Assembly: GCF_006345805.1 (NCBI RefSeq) | Contig: NC_043000.1 | Span: forward strand, 96,658,001-96,722,000 | Length of the DNA: 64,000 nt | Source: Octopus sinensis | Taxonomy: Eukaryota | Direction: 5' to 3' | Part shown: in pieces, positions 24,984 through 39,607 of the stretch | Layout: every line of letters starts with the position of its first letter | Numbering within the stretch: the first letter of the stretch is position 1 | The notes under the pieces: generated by a model | What the model was told of the DNA's origin: nothing | Databases searched by the model: none | The model's input: the letters and a program-made list of their open reading frames with translations, nothing else | Made by a program: the position numbers and the translations under genes

Positions 24984-25872
24984 CTTTTGCTGGGTTGATA
25001 TCTATTCCAGAACGATACAGATATTCCTCAGTCAGCCAGTCTTGATTCCTTAGAAATGTCCGTGCAGTGAAGGAAACTAAAATACAAATGACATTAACAA
25101 CGATAGCTATCCGACACATCCGACTGGAATGGTAGTGAAAGTAGAGTTTTTCGGCACCTTTGGCAACCAACATGCAAAATCCCATGCTGGGTATATAGAG
25201 GACACGCTCTGCAATCACAAAGCCTACATAGAAAAATAGATTTGTGGCCGGTATAAATGGCACAATAATGACAGCTAATGAAAAAATAATGCAGTCTAAT
25301 GAAGATCTATTGTCTTCGCCAGTTAATGTCATGTTTTGGTGGTTAGCAGATTCTGCAGAATTTTTTAATCTTCCTCGGGTTCCATTCAGTACCCTTGGAG
25401 GATGATGGTGTGACTCTGTAGTACCATTTCTATGGATTTTTGTTAACTTTGAGCTGTGCGTAACATTGTGTGAATTGTGTTGTGAACTGTGTTGTGTGGA
25501 GTGCAATTCTGGTGTGACATGGGTGCAGTGTGATATGTGTTTTAAAATATAAATAGCAATGTACAAGAGCCCACAATAGAATGCTATGGTGACAATATTC
25601 CGTGAATCTCCCAAGCTCTCAACAAGCGGTATAGAGTTCATTGACCAATCAAAGCTCAGAATGTAAGGACAAAGAAGCAGCCACAAGTTTAAAGAGAGCA
25701 GATAGTGGAATGTCAAAGTTCGTGTCAGGAAGCTTTTTGAGTCAGCCGCAGGATTGTCAGAAGGGGCAAATTCTGGGGGTTTGCTACCCATTAAACAAAA
25801 TCGTAGAAACAGTAGACCAACTGAGCAGAAGAATAGCATTAAAAGACCTTCCCGGAGACGACTGTATTGCTT
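24984..25872 (-). CDS. TMTC2: TMTC2-like coding exon (putative exon 3, 889 nt): DUF1736-type region, His-rich loop, last TM helices
   Basis: Acceptor ccttttgtttttcag|AAGCAA (phase 0) and donor GCAAAAG|gtaaat (phase 1). Translates KQYSRLREG...MGSKPPEFAPSDNPAADS...LSFDWSMNSIPL...PATNLFFYVGFVIAERVLYIPSMG...RNQDWLTEEYLYRSGIDINPAK. Confidence 0.95.
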
Positions 25873-25973
25873 CTGAAAAACAAAAGGAGAAAATATATAA
25901 GAAGGTTATCAAGGAAAGTTTACTTAGATTTTGAATATACCTGTTATTGTACACATGCACATACACATATATA

Positions 25974-26435
25974 CAGGGGTTGGACAAAATAATGGAAACA
26001 CTTAAAAATTTCCAACAAATTTGTTTTAATGTGGGGTACGACCGCCTTTGGCAGTCCAACAATCCTTATCTAAAAATTTTGGTTTTCTTCTGGAGTTTTG
26101 TTTCGACGAGGAAGTTTTTCCCTCTTTCTCAAATGCTGTCATTACTTTCAAGTCAGTCAGTATATGATACACCAAACATTTCGGCTGTTTTTATTATACT
26201 AGCACCTACCATACAAGCTCCAAAAATTTGACCTCTTTGAAAGTCTGATAGATCTGTAATTTTAATGAATTTTAATTACCTTTTTTAGATGACATCCGAA
26301 AAGAAACAGCAATTTTAGCAAAACATTAAGCAACACTAATAATAAATCAAAAAACAAAAAAATAAACAAGTTTTTGACGGGTTTTATATTTCAAAATTAT
26401 GGTGCTATGATGTTAGGTGTTTTGTCCAACCCCTG
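25974..26435 (-). mobile_element. Tc1 internal-deletion derivative
   Basis: Perfect 16-bp TIRs CAGGGGTTGGACAAAA / TTTTGTCCAACCCCTG with TA on both sides. The minus strand at ~26160-26255 encodes DLSDFQRGQIFGACMVGASIIKTAEMFGVS, resembling the N-terminal HTH of Tc1 transposases. Confidence 0.9.
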
Positions 26436-29139
26436 TATATATATACGTTATTATTTGTTTGTTTGCATTTGTTATTTACAAATAATTAGTTCATAATTAC
26501 CCTGGAATTTGAAGAATGAGCATTCTGTTTATTCACAGACACATATTTTTTCATACACACATTGTATAATTGTACATATTACATGTATATGCATGTATGT
26601 GTGTGTGTGTGGGGGAGAGATAATACATACAAAGAATGTGTGTGTGAGAAAATATATACAATGAATGTGCATGTATGTGTGTGTGTGTGCATCTGTTTTT
26701 GTGTATGGATGTGTACATATGTATGAGCATGCATATTTATGTGCATGTGTATTTATGTGTGTCTGTGTTTGTTAATATTTGTGCTTGCTTCTGCAATATT
26801 TGTGATCTACAAGCAGTGATACTGTCATCAGTTCTCTTGTCAACAAATTATGTACGGTGGGTGACACTTGCTTACAACTACAGTGAAATGTCATGACAAG
26901 GAGGCTCATACAAGCATGTATTTGAAAGATTAATAAAAAATACAAAACACTACTGTTATTTACTCCATCTCATCTTCTGTCTCTATAATCCTTTCTCACT
27001 GTGTGGACAACATTCTTACTCATTGCCTGCCACGAAGCCTAGTATGTGCACTCATCCTGAATCTCTCATGTTAACTCTCTCTGTTGCTCTCTTTTACTCT
27101 CACTCCCTCTTGCTATACATATACACACACCACTCACATCTTAGCAATATACAACATTTAACAGACAGACGGACATGAGGGAAATAAGGTAAACAAGTAG
27201 GTAGTATATATAAAAGAATTAAACAGAACCTTGTTATAGAAATTAGATGTTAATAATACTTAATTAAGGAAATGAAGCCATGGAAAGCTGCAGGTTATCA
27301 AGGAAAGTTTACTTAGATTTTGAATATACCTGTTATTGTACACTAGTTAATCAGATTGTTTTCTGAAACAAATGTCAGCCCTGATGAGGGAAATATATGA
27401 TAATGGAGCAGATTTGACCATCCAATCTTTTATACAGACATAGTGTAACTAGAGGAGGCATAGTATGGCTGAATGAAGAAGAGGTTTGCTTCATGACCAT
27501 GAAATCCTGGTTCAACCCCACAGTATGGCATCTTGGCCAAGTGTCATTTGACTAAAATCTCAGGTTGACCCATAGCTTGTAAGCAAAATTGAGGAGATGG
27601 AAACTATACATAAGCTCACTGGGGGGATTGTTCCTGTAACCCACCAGTACATATTATGTCAGGCTGATTCTGCCTGAAAATTATACTAAATATACACATC
27701 TATGGAATTTTCAACCTTTTGCACCTTAAAAGAGAAACAATTAGTTTTGTTGGTTGAATAACTCAACTCACATCATCAAAAAAAAAAGAAAAAGAGCTCC
27801 ATTACCATCAGTTTATATAGGACTATGTGAATCCAGGACTAAATGTGTCCAACCCATTTTTTAAGACAATATAGTGTGAATTGAGCAAGACCTTAGCTGT
27901 TATTTTTAACAGATTAAGTGATCACATGGAAACTCGTTGGTACTGCATGAAGGTATTAACATCAATAACTGCTATAAGAGCAATGAGGAGATACATGCTG
28001 TATTGAGAGGTACTTACAGAGACCACAATCTTATGATGGAGCTGAGAGGGAGACTGGGAAACTGGGCCAAGTGTTGATCATAGCTGAGAGAAACTTCAAT
28101 ATGAGAGAGGCTTGAAAAATGAATTAAGTGAATATAACAAAGAGAGACTTAAGAAGTGAACTAAGTTCTGAAGATAACAATGTTAAAGAAAGAATAAGTG
28201 AATCAGAGCATGAAATAAGTTAGCTTTATACTCCAATAGTTTTCTGGTGTAAAAAATGCTTATATTTAAAATTAAGAAGAAATATCAATAGATTAGCATT
28301 AAGCCTCTTACCAACACCCTCTAGTTCACGGACACACAGATGGTCTGTCTCCTTGCTCTACCCTTTTCACCATTTCAACTAGGGCCACTATTTCTCAAAG
28401 TCTGCTGATACCAGCTCCCCTCACTTCTTCTTACTCATTTCACTTCTTGTCACACACATTGTGTCCAACCTTATCCAAGGCCCAGCATTTACCACTATGT
28501 CCAGGCCTCCACAGAACATTTTTCATCTAGAACTCCTAGTTTGCCCATGTTATTCATGCAGCTGTTGTTCAAGATAAATATTAACAGCATTGATTTTATC
28601 ATTTTGATAAAGGAGTGTCAACAATGGCCACCAGCATAAATTCATCTCTGAGACAGGAAATTAATCAATGCTGGGGAACTGACATCATGCAAATATATGT
28701 GAAAACACCTATAGAGGATTAACTGCTTATTCATAAATGTCTCCAGATGGAGCTTTACAGACAGAAAGAACAAGAATTTAGGAGTTAAGAAAGGACAAGT
28801 TAGAAACTTTATACAATGAAAATAAGTCACCCACAGAAGAGAAGCAATGGAGAGTGTAGGATTTAAAATATGTCAAATGAACAAGAGTAGATAGACATAA
28901 GATCACTTTCTATAAAATGAAGCAGATGAACTGATCAGATGGTTCTCTGTGATGTTTATTATCATTTATTTAATAGACATTTTTATGGCAGCTGAATATG
29001 TGTGCAATATAAAAACTTGCATTGTCTCATCACAGCCGACTAATATGTTGAAATATGATATCACTATACCTCTTCACATGTCATAATCCAGTCATCTTCT
29101 ACCACATGCACATAAATGGTTATATTTATAAGCACCTAG

Positions 29140-29173
<34 letters not shown>

Positions 29174-29444
29174 GTATATACTATACAGAGAAACAGAAAG
29201 AGATCTCTTTGCATTTGTTAGGCATGTGCATACATGCAGCCACAGACACAAAACAAGACTCTTGCATGCATATTCACTTTCCATTGTACTGTTAAAAAAG
29301 TGACCATAGATGCATCGCATATATATATATATGTGTGCAGATAGCTAGTTACATAAATAGATATATAAACATAGTAGTACACACACATATTGGAACAAAA
29401 ATGTCCACATATAAACATATATAAACATGTTTGTGTGTTAATGT

Positions 29445-29489
<45 letters not shown>

Positions 29490-30189
29490 TGCATCTGTGT
29501 GTATATTTATACATATCAGACTACATAATCAGAAACCAGTACTAAATCATTGATAATATCACATTCAGGCATATATTTTTCATCCTTATCGATCAATAAT
29601 CATGTTGTGCACCCATTATTAGAATAACTCCTGAATTTCATAGATCTACATATATGCTGTGGCTGGTATGATATGATAGCCATTAACATGCAACTCAATC
29701 AGATAATATGTAGAATTATATATAAGCTATGGGTGTATCTGTGTATAAATATAACAGACACAGCTGTGGTTGAGTGATTAAATAAGCTTGTTTAGCAATC
29801 ATAAGATTCCAGGTTCATTTCCACAGCATGTAACCTCAGATTGACCCAAGCTTTGTAAATGAAATCGAGTAGATGGAAACATCAGGAGCCTATCAGATGA
29901 ACTGCTCTTGTAATTCAAAGACCCAGTGTTAACACATTATAGTCATACTTATTCTGCCTGAAGATTATATTAATGGTACAAGAATCTGTGGAATATCCAA
30001 CATTGAAACCAAAAGAATATCCATTTGCTTCACACAGAATTATATAAAGTATCATAATTATCATCGTTTTAACATTCACATTTCCTTGCTTGTGTTTTTG
30101 AGATGAAATTCAATGGGGCAGGTCTTCTACAGCTAGATACCCTTCTTATCATCATGCTCCAAGCTGGAGCACTGCCTTGACCCTGCCTC

Positions 30190-30475
30190 AGTAAAGCTGG
30201 ACTCAAGAGTCATCTTTGTAGTCATAAAGCGAGACAGATGAGTGACAACCTGGCCACTGGTGGTGGTGTAACACACCATACTAATCATATCTGTCAGGCA
30301 TGTGAAAGAGAGTGTAATTTGGCAGGAGGACTTAAATGACATGCAATGGTACATGAAGCCCAGTTACAACTACAGCCGGCTATTACCGGTAAAGGTATTA
30401 GTTGCCAATTTTGTACAAGACATTGTAGATCTTTAGCTGGGCTAAAAAGTCACATTCGATCACAGCACCAGTAAC
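30190..30475 (+). mobile_element. RTE (BovB-like) LINE C-terminal remnant
   Basis: Encodes two C2H2-like motifs, CQACERECNLAGGLK*H and CQFCTRHCRSLAGLKSHIRSQH*. Confidence 0.6.
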
Positions 30476-30959
30476 AGTTAAGCTTAGTGCAAATAATAAC
30501 AATATATATATATACATATATAACAGGTATCTTTCAGTTTCCACCTACCAGATCTACTCACAAGGCTTTGGTCGGCCTGAGACTATAGTAGAAGACACTT
30601 GTCCAAGGTGCCACGCAAAGGGGCTGAACCTGAAACCATTTGGTTGTTAAGCAAGCTACTTACCACACAGACACTCCTACACATAAATTTAAACAATAAA
30701 ATCTTATATGGACCTCCAAGGGCCATATGAACCTTGGTTGAGAACCACTAGTCTAACCCATGCCAACATGGAAAAGCAGAAGTAAAGTAAACAAATGAAT
30801 ATATAATTTTTGAAGATAAACACTTAAACAGAGGTTAGTTACAGAAATATTTGAGTTTCATGTTGCCACTTGTCAAATTCAAGTTGAAGATTTCAGCTTG
30901 AAATATTATTATTATTAATAATATTATTATTAATAATAATAATAATAATAATAATAATG

Positions 30960-30991
<32 letters not shown>

Positions 30992-31379
30992 AATAATAAT
31001 AATTAATAAATAAATAAACACTCTTTAACATATTTAGTACTTTTTCTTCTATTTGTCAATTCAAACACATTTCTACATGTGTGTGTGTGTGTGTGTGTGG
31101 CAGGGGTAGGAGAGAATGGTTGTGACACTTGGGTGTTGATAGCTAAGAGCAATATCTGATAACGTCAAGAACATTAACAACAGATGGTCAGTCCTGGTCT
31201 GTTTCTGAAAAAATATCTTCAGAAGAGTGAAGGAGTGGTTATATTAGGGTAGGATGATCTGATCTGATGGGTGGATAGATCTTAGGCCATGAACTGTTGA
31301 TGGATGCACCTAGGAAATAATTCCTGTGTGAATAACAAATAGTTGTAGCATTGGCAATATTAGGGGTGGGTGGTGGAAT

Positions 31380-32480
31380 TGTAGTAGTGATAATCTTAAG
31401 TAATGATATTGGCAGTGAAGTGGGGAAAAACAATTTAGTAGTTGAGGTGGTAGGTGGGTGGTGGTGGTGGAATGGCAACATTTGATAGTATTAGTGGGTT
31501 TGGTGGGTAGTGGTAATAATGATGATAGTCCTGATGATGAATATATTGGGAGTTTTGTTGATGAAGAGCTCAATTTTTGATGATGGTGGTGGTGGTGCGA
31601 GCTGGCAGAAATGTTAGCACGCCGGGCGAAATGCTTAGCAGTATTTTGTCTGCCATTATGTTCTGAGTTCAAATTCTACTGAGGTCGACTTTGCCTTTCA
31701 TCCTTTCGGGGTTGATAAATTAAGTACCAGTTATGCACTGGGTCAATATAATCGACTTAATCAGTTTGTTTGTCCTTGTTTGTCCCTTCTGTGTTTAGCC
31801 CCTTGTGGGTAGTAAAGAAATAGGTTTTCATGGTGATAGTGGTAGTGGTTTGATGGTGGGGTGGGGTGACAATTTGCGTTGGTGGCATTTTTTGATGATG
31901 GTGGGGGCTTCTATTTTTAGTGCATGTGGTGATGTCTGCAGTGTTTGTATTGGCCATAATACTTCATGCTGGTGGTATTGTTGGTAATGGTAGTGAGGAT
32001 GCTAAGGGCAGTGATGATAATGGCAGTGTTGGTGTTGCTGGTGATAAAGATGCTGGCAGGGTGGAGTGATGGTAGTGAAGGTGGTAATGGTGGCGGCGGC
32101 GGCAGTAGTGGTGGTGGCAGCATCGTTGTTGGTGGTAATGGTGGTGTCAGTGGTAGTTATACTAGGGGGGCACAATGCCATTATTGCTGTCATTGATGAT
32201 GATGATGGTGGTAGTGGCATAGGTACTGGTGATGATTGTAGTGACGTTGTTGCAGCAGCTGCAGCAGTAGTAGTGATGCTAAATCTGCTTACTGACTTTG
32301 ACTGCTATTTCAAGCATACCAAGTAAACTACATGGAGGTTCCATCCTTATTTTCATCTATTTTCCTTGCAGTTGTAGTATGGTGGTGGTGGTGAGGGGGC
32401 AGGCAGTGGTGGAGATAGTAGTAGTAGTAGCAGCAAAAGCAGCAACAGCAGATGATAATGGTGTTTTGGTTAGGTAATGA
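31380..32480. repeat. (GGT/GAT/AGT)n low-complexity tract containing a SINE B copy at ~31594-31825 (+)
   Basis: Read directly from the sequence; the SINE B copy is little diverged. Confidence 0.85.
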
Positions 32481-33282
32481 TGATGATGTATTAGTAAGTA
32501 CTTGTAGTCTAATGAACATTTCAGTTCTATTTAAAAAAATAAAATTGAAATAAATAAATAAATAAATGAATAAAAGAGGCTTAAGTGTCTTTTACTGTTT
32601 CAGTGCTGTAATTAGGTGATATTCTTGTATGCACTTACATAGTCTGGGTTAATTTTATAGACCACACATAAATATAAACTACACCAGCCATGCCAGGCAA
32701 TGTGAGGTATGCCAAGACTGTTGTCCAAAAACTAATAAACAGAACACGGCAGTCATAAGTCTGCTATTATTAGATTTGAACTCTTAGTGTCTATGACAAA
32801 CATAATAATAAATACCTCTGATATACAGGTAGATAGATGTATATGTATGTAAGGTAGGTAGGTTCATAAGTATTGTAGGTTGTTAGGTAAATAGGTTGAT
32901 AGGTAGAAAGGTGGATAGGTACAGTCAGGTCTCTCATGTAAATACCGCAATTGGATATACTTTGATCAGCTGAGATTATTATACCAGCAATTAGTATATA
33001 AAAGCGTCCGTCTTGAGGTGTTTAAAATCTAAAATAAGGGAGATAATTTCACCATGATCAGTTGATTAAATTTTGAGGCACTATAGACAATTGTTAATTG
33101 CCAACTGATGAACGCATTGATGTGTTCCAGTCTTATTAGAACTTCTCATCAAAGTGTGCATGTATAATAAGTACGTATATAGCTTTATATTTATATGTGG
33201 TGTGTTAAATTACTTGAGGCTACATGCAAGAATGTCACCGAATTGCATCATATGCATAGATGTATGTATAAATATGTGTGTG

Positions 33283-33314
<32 letters not shown>

Positions 33315-33581
33315 CACGTGTGTGCTTGTGTGTGTGTGTGTTTGTCCGTATATGTGTTCGTCCTCCACCACCACTTGACAATTAGTGTTGGTTTTTTACG
33401 TCCTTGTAATTTGATCGTTCAGCAAAAGGGACCAATAGAATAACTGCCAGAATTTAAAATAGAAGAAGCACTATGGCCAATTTGTTCATCAAAACTTGTC
33501 ATGGTGGTGCACTAGAATGGCTGCAGTCCTATGACTGAAACAAGCAAAAGTCCATTACTGGAGTTCATTCCTCTCTCTCGC

Positions 33582-33636
<55 letters not shown>

Positions 33637-33710
33637 ATCACTCTATCTATCAGTGTGCTATCTACTTAACTATCTATCTATCCTTCTATCTCTCTATTTA
33701 CCTACCTACC

Positions 33711-34838
33711 AGTCATTCTATAGGTGTGGTCGCCGTTTGTGAGGCACGCTTTCCCGCAACTCATCTCCATGACCGAACTGCAGTCGTGGATCAAAAAGAG
33801 GCCGAGGAAGGGCGAATGGCACCACGAGTGTCACGTTGCTCTCAAGCAACTGTGCTGTCCCGGGTCGACCTTGAGTGACTTCAACACAACCAAAGCATTC
33901 TATAGGGGATTAGTGGAGGGGAGGTACAACGACGAGATCAGGGCGAACCTGGATGTCGATGAGGAATACCTGACCCGCCTGTTCAGGATGACTTTTGGGC
34001 CAGGGCCCATGGACAACTCCCAAAGATCCCTGGCCTGGCAGTGCTACTGAGAAGCTCTACCAGTTCAGGATAAGCTCTACAGACACAGCTTGAGAAACAC
34101 AGGGCCGACCTGCTCGAGATGCAGTCAGAGCAACGAAACCATTCTGCATGCACTTGTGTGGTGTCCAACAATTTCCTACCTGTGGGCTTATGTTGAATGT
34201 CTGCAGTCACGTGTGAGATGAGTCGGTTTATCAGCCAAGTCTATCATCTTCCTTCAAACGGGAAGGAAGAGCTATTTTCATCATCCTTGTGGCTATGGTG
34301 AAAGAATGTATCTGGTGGACGTGTCTGAAAGGATTGGAGACAAACACGTTTCTCTCTGGTCAATCTCTCATCAACTTCTTCAAGTATCACTTGAAAAGGA
34401 AAATGAAAGTAGAGAGGCAAGTTTTGTCTAGCGAATGTTTCAAAAAAAGATGGGTGAATGTAGCAAGGATGGCACGTATGAATGATGAAGTCACCTTGAG
34501 CATAATCCTATGAATCCGTGAAATTTAAAACAGAGGGTTACCTACTTGCGAACAAAGGTGGTAACATGTAACAATATTGACCGTGGTCTTTTCCGTAGGC
34601 TTTTCTTCCCACAGATAAACCTTATCTGTTCCCCCTTTACACTTTACATCATGACACTGTGATACATGATCCCTATTGATAATTTTTTTTTTCTTTTTTT
34701 TTCTTCTTTCCCTTTTACAATCCCTTTTGATCGAAAACCTACCCAACTTTTTTATTTTTCTTTCCTCCCAAAAAGAAAAGCTCTACTTTGTAATCTGTCC
34801 CGTCTGTGTGCAGCCCTGGGTGGCTAATAAAGAAGCAT
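33711..34838 (+). mobile_element. 3' end of a Tx1/L1-clade LINE
   Basis: SLAWQCY*EALPVQDKLYRH...CSRC-x8-H-x4-C(P)...LWAYV is a zf-RVT-type region. It is followed by KECIWW...LINFFKYHLKRK..VERQVLS...FKKRW and a T-rich 3' UTR. Confidence 0.85.
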
Positions 34839-36699
34839 ATCTATCAGTTTGTCTGTCTATCAGTCTGTCTGTGTCTATCTATCTGTTTATCTGTCTGTGG
34901 GCATACCTGTCTGTCTACCTATCAGTCTATCTATTTGTCTGTCTGTCTGTCTATCTCTCTATCTATCCTTTCTCTACAAGAAATTTGGTATGGTTAGACC
35001 TTGCCAGATTTAAAGGTCCCAGGATATGTTTGTTAATGGCATCTCTATAACTCTTAACAAAGGTTAAGGACCCAAGTCAAGGCAAAGTCAAGTCAAGTCA
35101 TTTTGATTAACCAGTTGCTGCCACTATCACCACCTTCACCATCATCATCATCTGCTTTGCCATACTGGCATGCATTGGATGAGACATTTTGTGACAGTTG
35201 CTTTATGGCCAGGTTCTCGTCCTGATACTTAACCTTTCCATCACCATCTCACAAAGGAATGCTGGTGTACCTACATTAAAACCCAGCGATTTCTATTACT
35301 AGATGGGAAGGAAGCAAAGTAAACAGGCAGATTAATTAGAACGGAAAGCTAATTAATTAATTAAACAAAACACACCAAATCAAACATTCACCCATCCACC
35401 CCCACCATATACCCCTCACTCCCACTCTGTTGGTTGAATTCTGTAGGAATTTCTATGAAAGACAATGGACAGCATTATACAGAAAAATACATATTAGATG
35501 ATATATAATTTAGTGAAATTCCTTGATTCAATTAACGCCATAGCAACCCCACCCCTTTCACATTGTTTTTGGTCTTTCTGTTTTGCTTGTTTGGTTTCTT
35601 TTTTTTATTTCTCTTGATAACATACAGGTGTAAGTGCAACATTTAGCAGTTGGTCGCCTTGTCAAATGTAACTACACTGGATTTATGGTGTACTTGGCTT
35701 AACTTAATGTACATAGGAGGCATTACGTAGTCATTCAGTTTCTTGATTTACATGTTTTTTTCTTTTTTCCTTTCTTTCTTTCTTTGATAACTAGTGATAT
35801 GGTTTAAACCTCAGATCAGCCCTGATTGAGTAGACTTATGACCAAATACATTCCAGTCATGACCATTCTGTTCTGTCTGTATTGCATATCTAGGACTACA
35901 ATGCCCAAGAAGGCAGCATGTTGTCAGTCATTAGGACATGCCAGATTGAATTTTTGTGATATCCATTCCAGCTCTCTGTGCACTGAGTTCAAATCTCACC
36001 AAAGTCAACCTTGCCTTTTATCCAATAATGACCAATTCCCCACCCCCTCACTCTCTCCTTCTCTCTTTACTAATCCCTTTCTTGACCACCTGAGTAAATG
36101 TACATGCTTTAGATTATTAAATACACTCTACACTTAACACTCATGCACCCCTCACCTATTTCTGGATATGCTGCTGTAATCACCCTATTTTGTATTGCCT
36201 CCTCAGTCTTGATCCACATGTGTTAGGCTATTGAGTACTTTCTACATTACTTGCGTACAAGACATTTTCATCCAGCTTTATGCGCTGATATCAAGACAGA
36301 ACCTGTCAAATCATGCCACCTCTAGAGAAAAGGAAGAGCACAGCGACTTCTCTGGTGTCAGTGCTACAGAAAATGCACTTTACTCAGTACACAGACAAAT
36401 GGTTGGCATGTGAGCAGAGAAAGTGTAAGAATATGAGATCCCAACAGCCCTGTCTCACTGAGGTCTATTCAACCTCTGTTATTGTAGGAGATACAATAAA
36501 ATGCATCCAGAATATGCTGTGAAGTGGTTGATGATAAGAAAGACATCTAGCCAAAGAAATCAGGCCAAAATACGGAAGTAGTGAGTTCCAATAACTGATG
36601 AGTGTGAGGTGGAGGTACAGGGGGAAGTGATGGAGAGGAGGTAAAATAAGGAGCAAGGAAGGAAGAAGAAAAAAAGAAAAGTGGAAGACAGTTTAGATA

Positions 36700-36733
36700 G
36701 ATAGGTAGATTGATTCAGTAAAGACAGACAGAT

Positions 36734-36766
<33 letters not shown>

Positions 36767-36797
36767 CAGATAGATTCAGTAAAGATAAATAGATACC

Positions 36798-36828
<31 letters not shown>

Positions 36829-37020
36829 TGATAGATAAGACAGATAACGCATGCTAGCATGGAAAGCGGATGTTAAATGATGATGATGATGAAGATAGAT
36901 TAGACAGATGGATTAGATAGATAAGATAGATTAGACAGATAGATTAGATAGATAGATTTGATAGACAGATTAGATGGATAGATTAGACAGATAGACAGAC
37001 AGATAGGTAGATTGATAGAA
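36700..37020. repeat. (GATA/GACA)n microsatellite
   Basis: Read directly from the sequence. Confidence 0.95.
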
Positions 37021-37961
37021 ATACATACATACATACATATACACAATGGGATTTGAACAGTTCTTGCCTAACAAAGTCACTTGCTAGGCATTGGTTGACT
37101 GGTGGGATAAAGTAGAAGACACTTGCCCAAGGTGCCAGGCAGTAGGACTGGATCTTAAGTCATGTAGCTGTGAAATATACTTCTTAACAATAGTCATGCC
37201 TGTGCCTCTGTGCCTAAAAGCTATTCATATTATATATGATATTAAAAAGATCACTTTGCAACCATATGGCTTCAGGTTCATATTACACTGTCTGCCATGT
37301 TGGGTAAGTGTCTTCTATTTCTGCTATAGACCCAGGTCCACCAATGCTTTGTGAGTAAATCTGGTAAATAGAGACTCTCTCTCTCTCTCTGCACACTTGC
37401 ATGTGCACCTGTGTGTGTATCTGTTAACCCCTCCACATCACTTAACCACCAGACTTGGTATGTTTTCATTGCCACAACTTAGTGGTTCAGCAAAAGAGAC
37501 CGATAATTCAAGTACCAGTTTTCTTTTACTTCAAATAAGAATTGGGATCAGTTTGTTCTTCTAAACTCTTAAAAGTGTTACTCAGCATGGCTGCAATCCA
37601 ATGATTGAAACAAGTAAAAAATTTAGAATGTAAAAGGCATTTACATACACACTCACACATACACACACAAATATAACATAACACACATACCAATATACGT
37701 ATGGTATGTGAGATAAAACTACAAACATACAACATTATATATGCCAATGCCAACAAGCAAAGGATATCAAATTAGTTAAAACAAACATTATAATTTAGGG
37801 ACCTGTCTACAATTTGTGATATAACCCTAGTTAAAAATGTTTATACAAACCATCCCATGTGACCTTTCAAAAACAGGGTCACAAACATGTGTATGCACAC
37901 AAACACACACAACATGCCCCGCCCCGCCACAGTCTGCCATATAGTGTAGGGAGGTAGAGAG

Positions 37962-37992
<31 letters not shown>

Positions 37993-38907
37993 TGAGAGAG
38001 AGAGAGAGAAAGAGAGATGTTGGGGTATATTAATGGAATTTGAATAATTTTACAACTCTTAAAGATTAAATATAAGACGCAGTCGCTGTAATATTAATTA
38101 ATAGATGAAATTACAGTATTGCTTGTTGGCAGACCATTCATAATGCGGTTCTGTTTGTACATTTCAGTGTGTGAAATAATATATGCACACACACACATAT
38201 ACACATAAATATACATCATTTTATATCTATATATATATATATATAGATATAAAATGAAAAAGCAAAACATTTGGGATCACATTATATATATATGTATATA
38301 CACACATGCATAAATATGTTGTGTATGTGTTTAAGTGATTAAATGAAATATAAATGAAATGTGTTTCTGTGTGCAATTATGTGTGTGCAAGCACGTGTGT
38401 GTGTGTGTGTGTGTGCACACATGCGCATGCAAGAACATGTATAAAATATACCACCCAAACAACAAAAGCATACACATTTGTATTTCTGAATATTTATTTG
38501 TAAATGTATATGTATGCATGTCTTAGTGTACATTTTCAGTGTGTGTGTGTGTGTGAATTATAAGTGGGATGTAGCATTTCTGTATATTTATAAGCTAAGT
38601 GTAGATGAGTGAATGAAATCTATCTCTGCCTTGATCTGAAATGCAACCGTGTGAGTGTGAATGAAATACTTAGAATGTATATCTACACATGTGTGTATAT
38701 ATATGTATGTGTAGGATGGTTAGGTTGCTAGAAAAATAATGTTTAAGCAGAAGAGATTATTTGAAAAGTCAAAGTGGTGAAATTGTTTGAAAGAGATAGG
38801 CAGGATGTTGAACAACATTTTCAAAAGAAAGTGAAATAATTTATGAGTATATAACTATATGCATATATGTCTATGTGTAGGCATGTATGTGTGTGTATGT
38901 GTATATG

Positions 38908-38963
<56 letters not shown>

Positions 38964-39607
38964 CATATATCCATGCATATATGCTGCATTTGCCTGTATG
39001 CATATTGCAACAAATACACACAAAGAACATACATATATATGTATGCATACATATATACATATACACATTCACACACACACACAGACTCACATATGTGTAT
39101 TCATCCATACATCCACACCTGTCAGCTTTGTAATATATGGCTTAGCAGATTTTGTCTGAAATGCAAATGCATTGTTAGGTTGTTAAAAAGCCACTTGATT
39201 GAATTCCTGGCACAAAATGTACATCTCTGAATATATTTGCATAAATAAATACTTTGCCTGCTTTTAAGAGAACATAGCTACATAGAGAACTTCAAACAGC
39301 TAATTGGTCAAGTAAAAACACAAGCTTATTAATTTTCTCATTCATCTGTAAACTCTGCTAATGTAGCCACAATGGTATTCTGTTCCTCCTGATCGCCAAA
39401 CCACTTAACTCTACTTACTTTTAATTTGCTTGACAAAAATAAAAGCAGGTTTTACTCCTCCAGTACTATTAAGTCTTGTTGTTGTTGTTGTTAATGCTGT
39501 TTGTTATTGTCGTTTAGAGCCAAGTTATCGCTTGGTTTAAAACAGGCTTGAACTGAGCACTAAACAACAAAGTTAGTCTAGTTGTGACCGACCATTCAGT
39601 GATCTGG

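Noticed and set aside
27355-27400. Permuted hammerhead-like core (GAAAC-aaat-GTC-agcc-CTGATGA)
   Set aside because: Only 4 nt are available for stem I and stem II relies on wobble pairs. An Infernal search would be needed.
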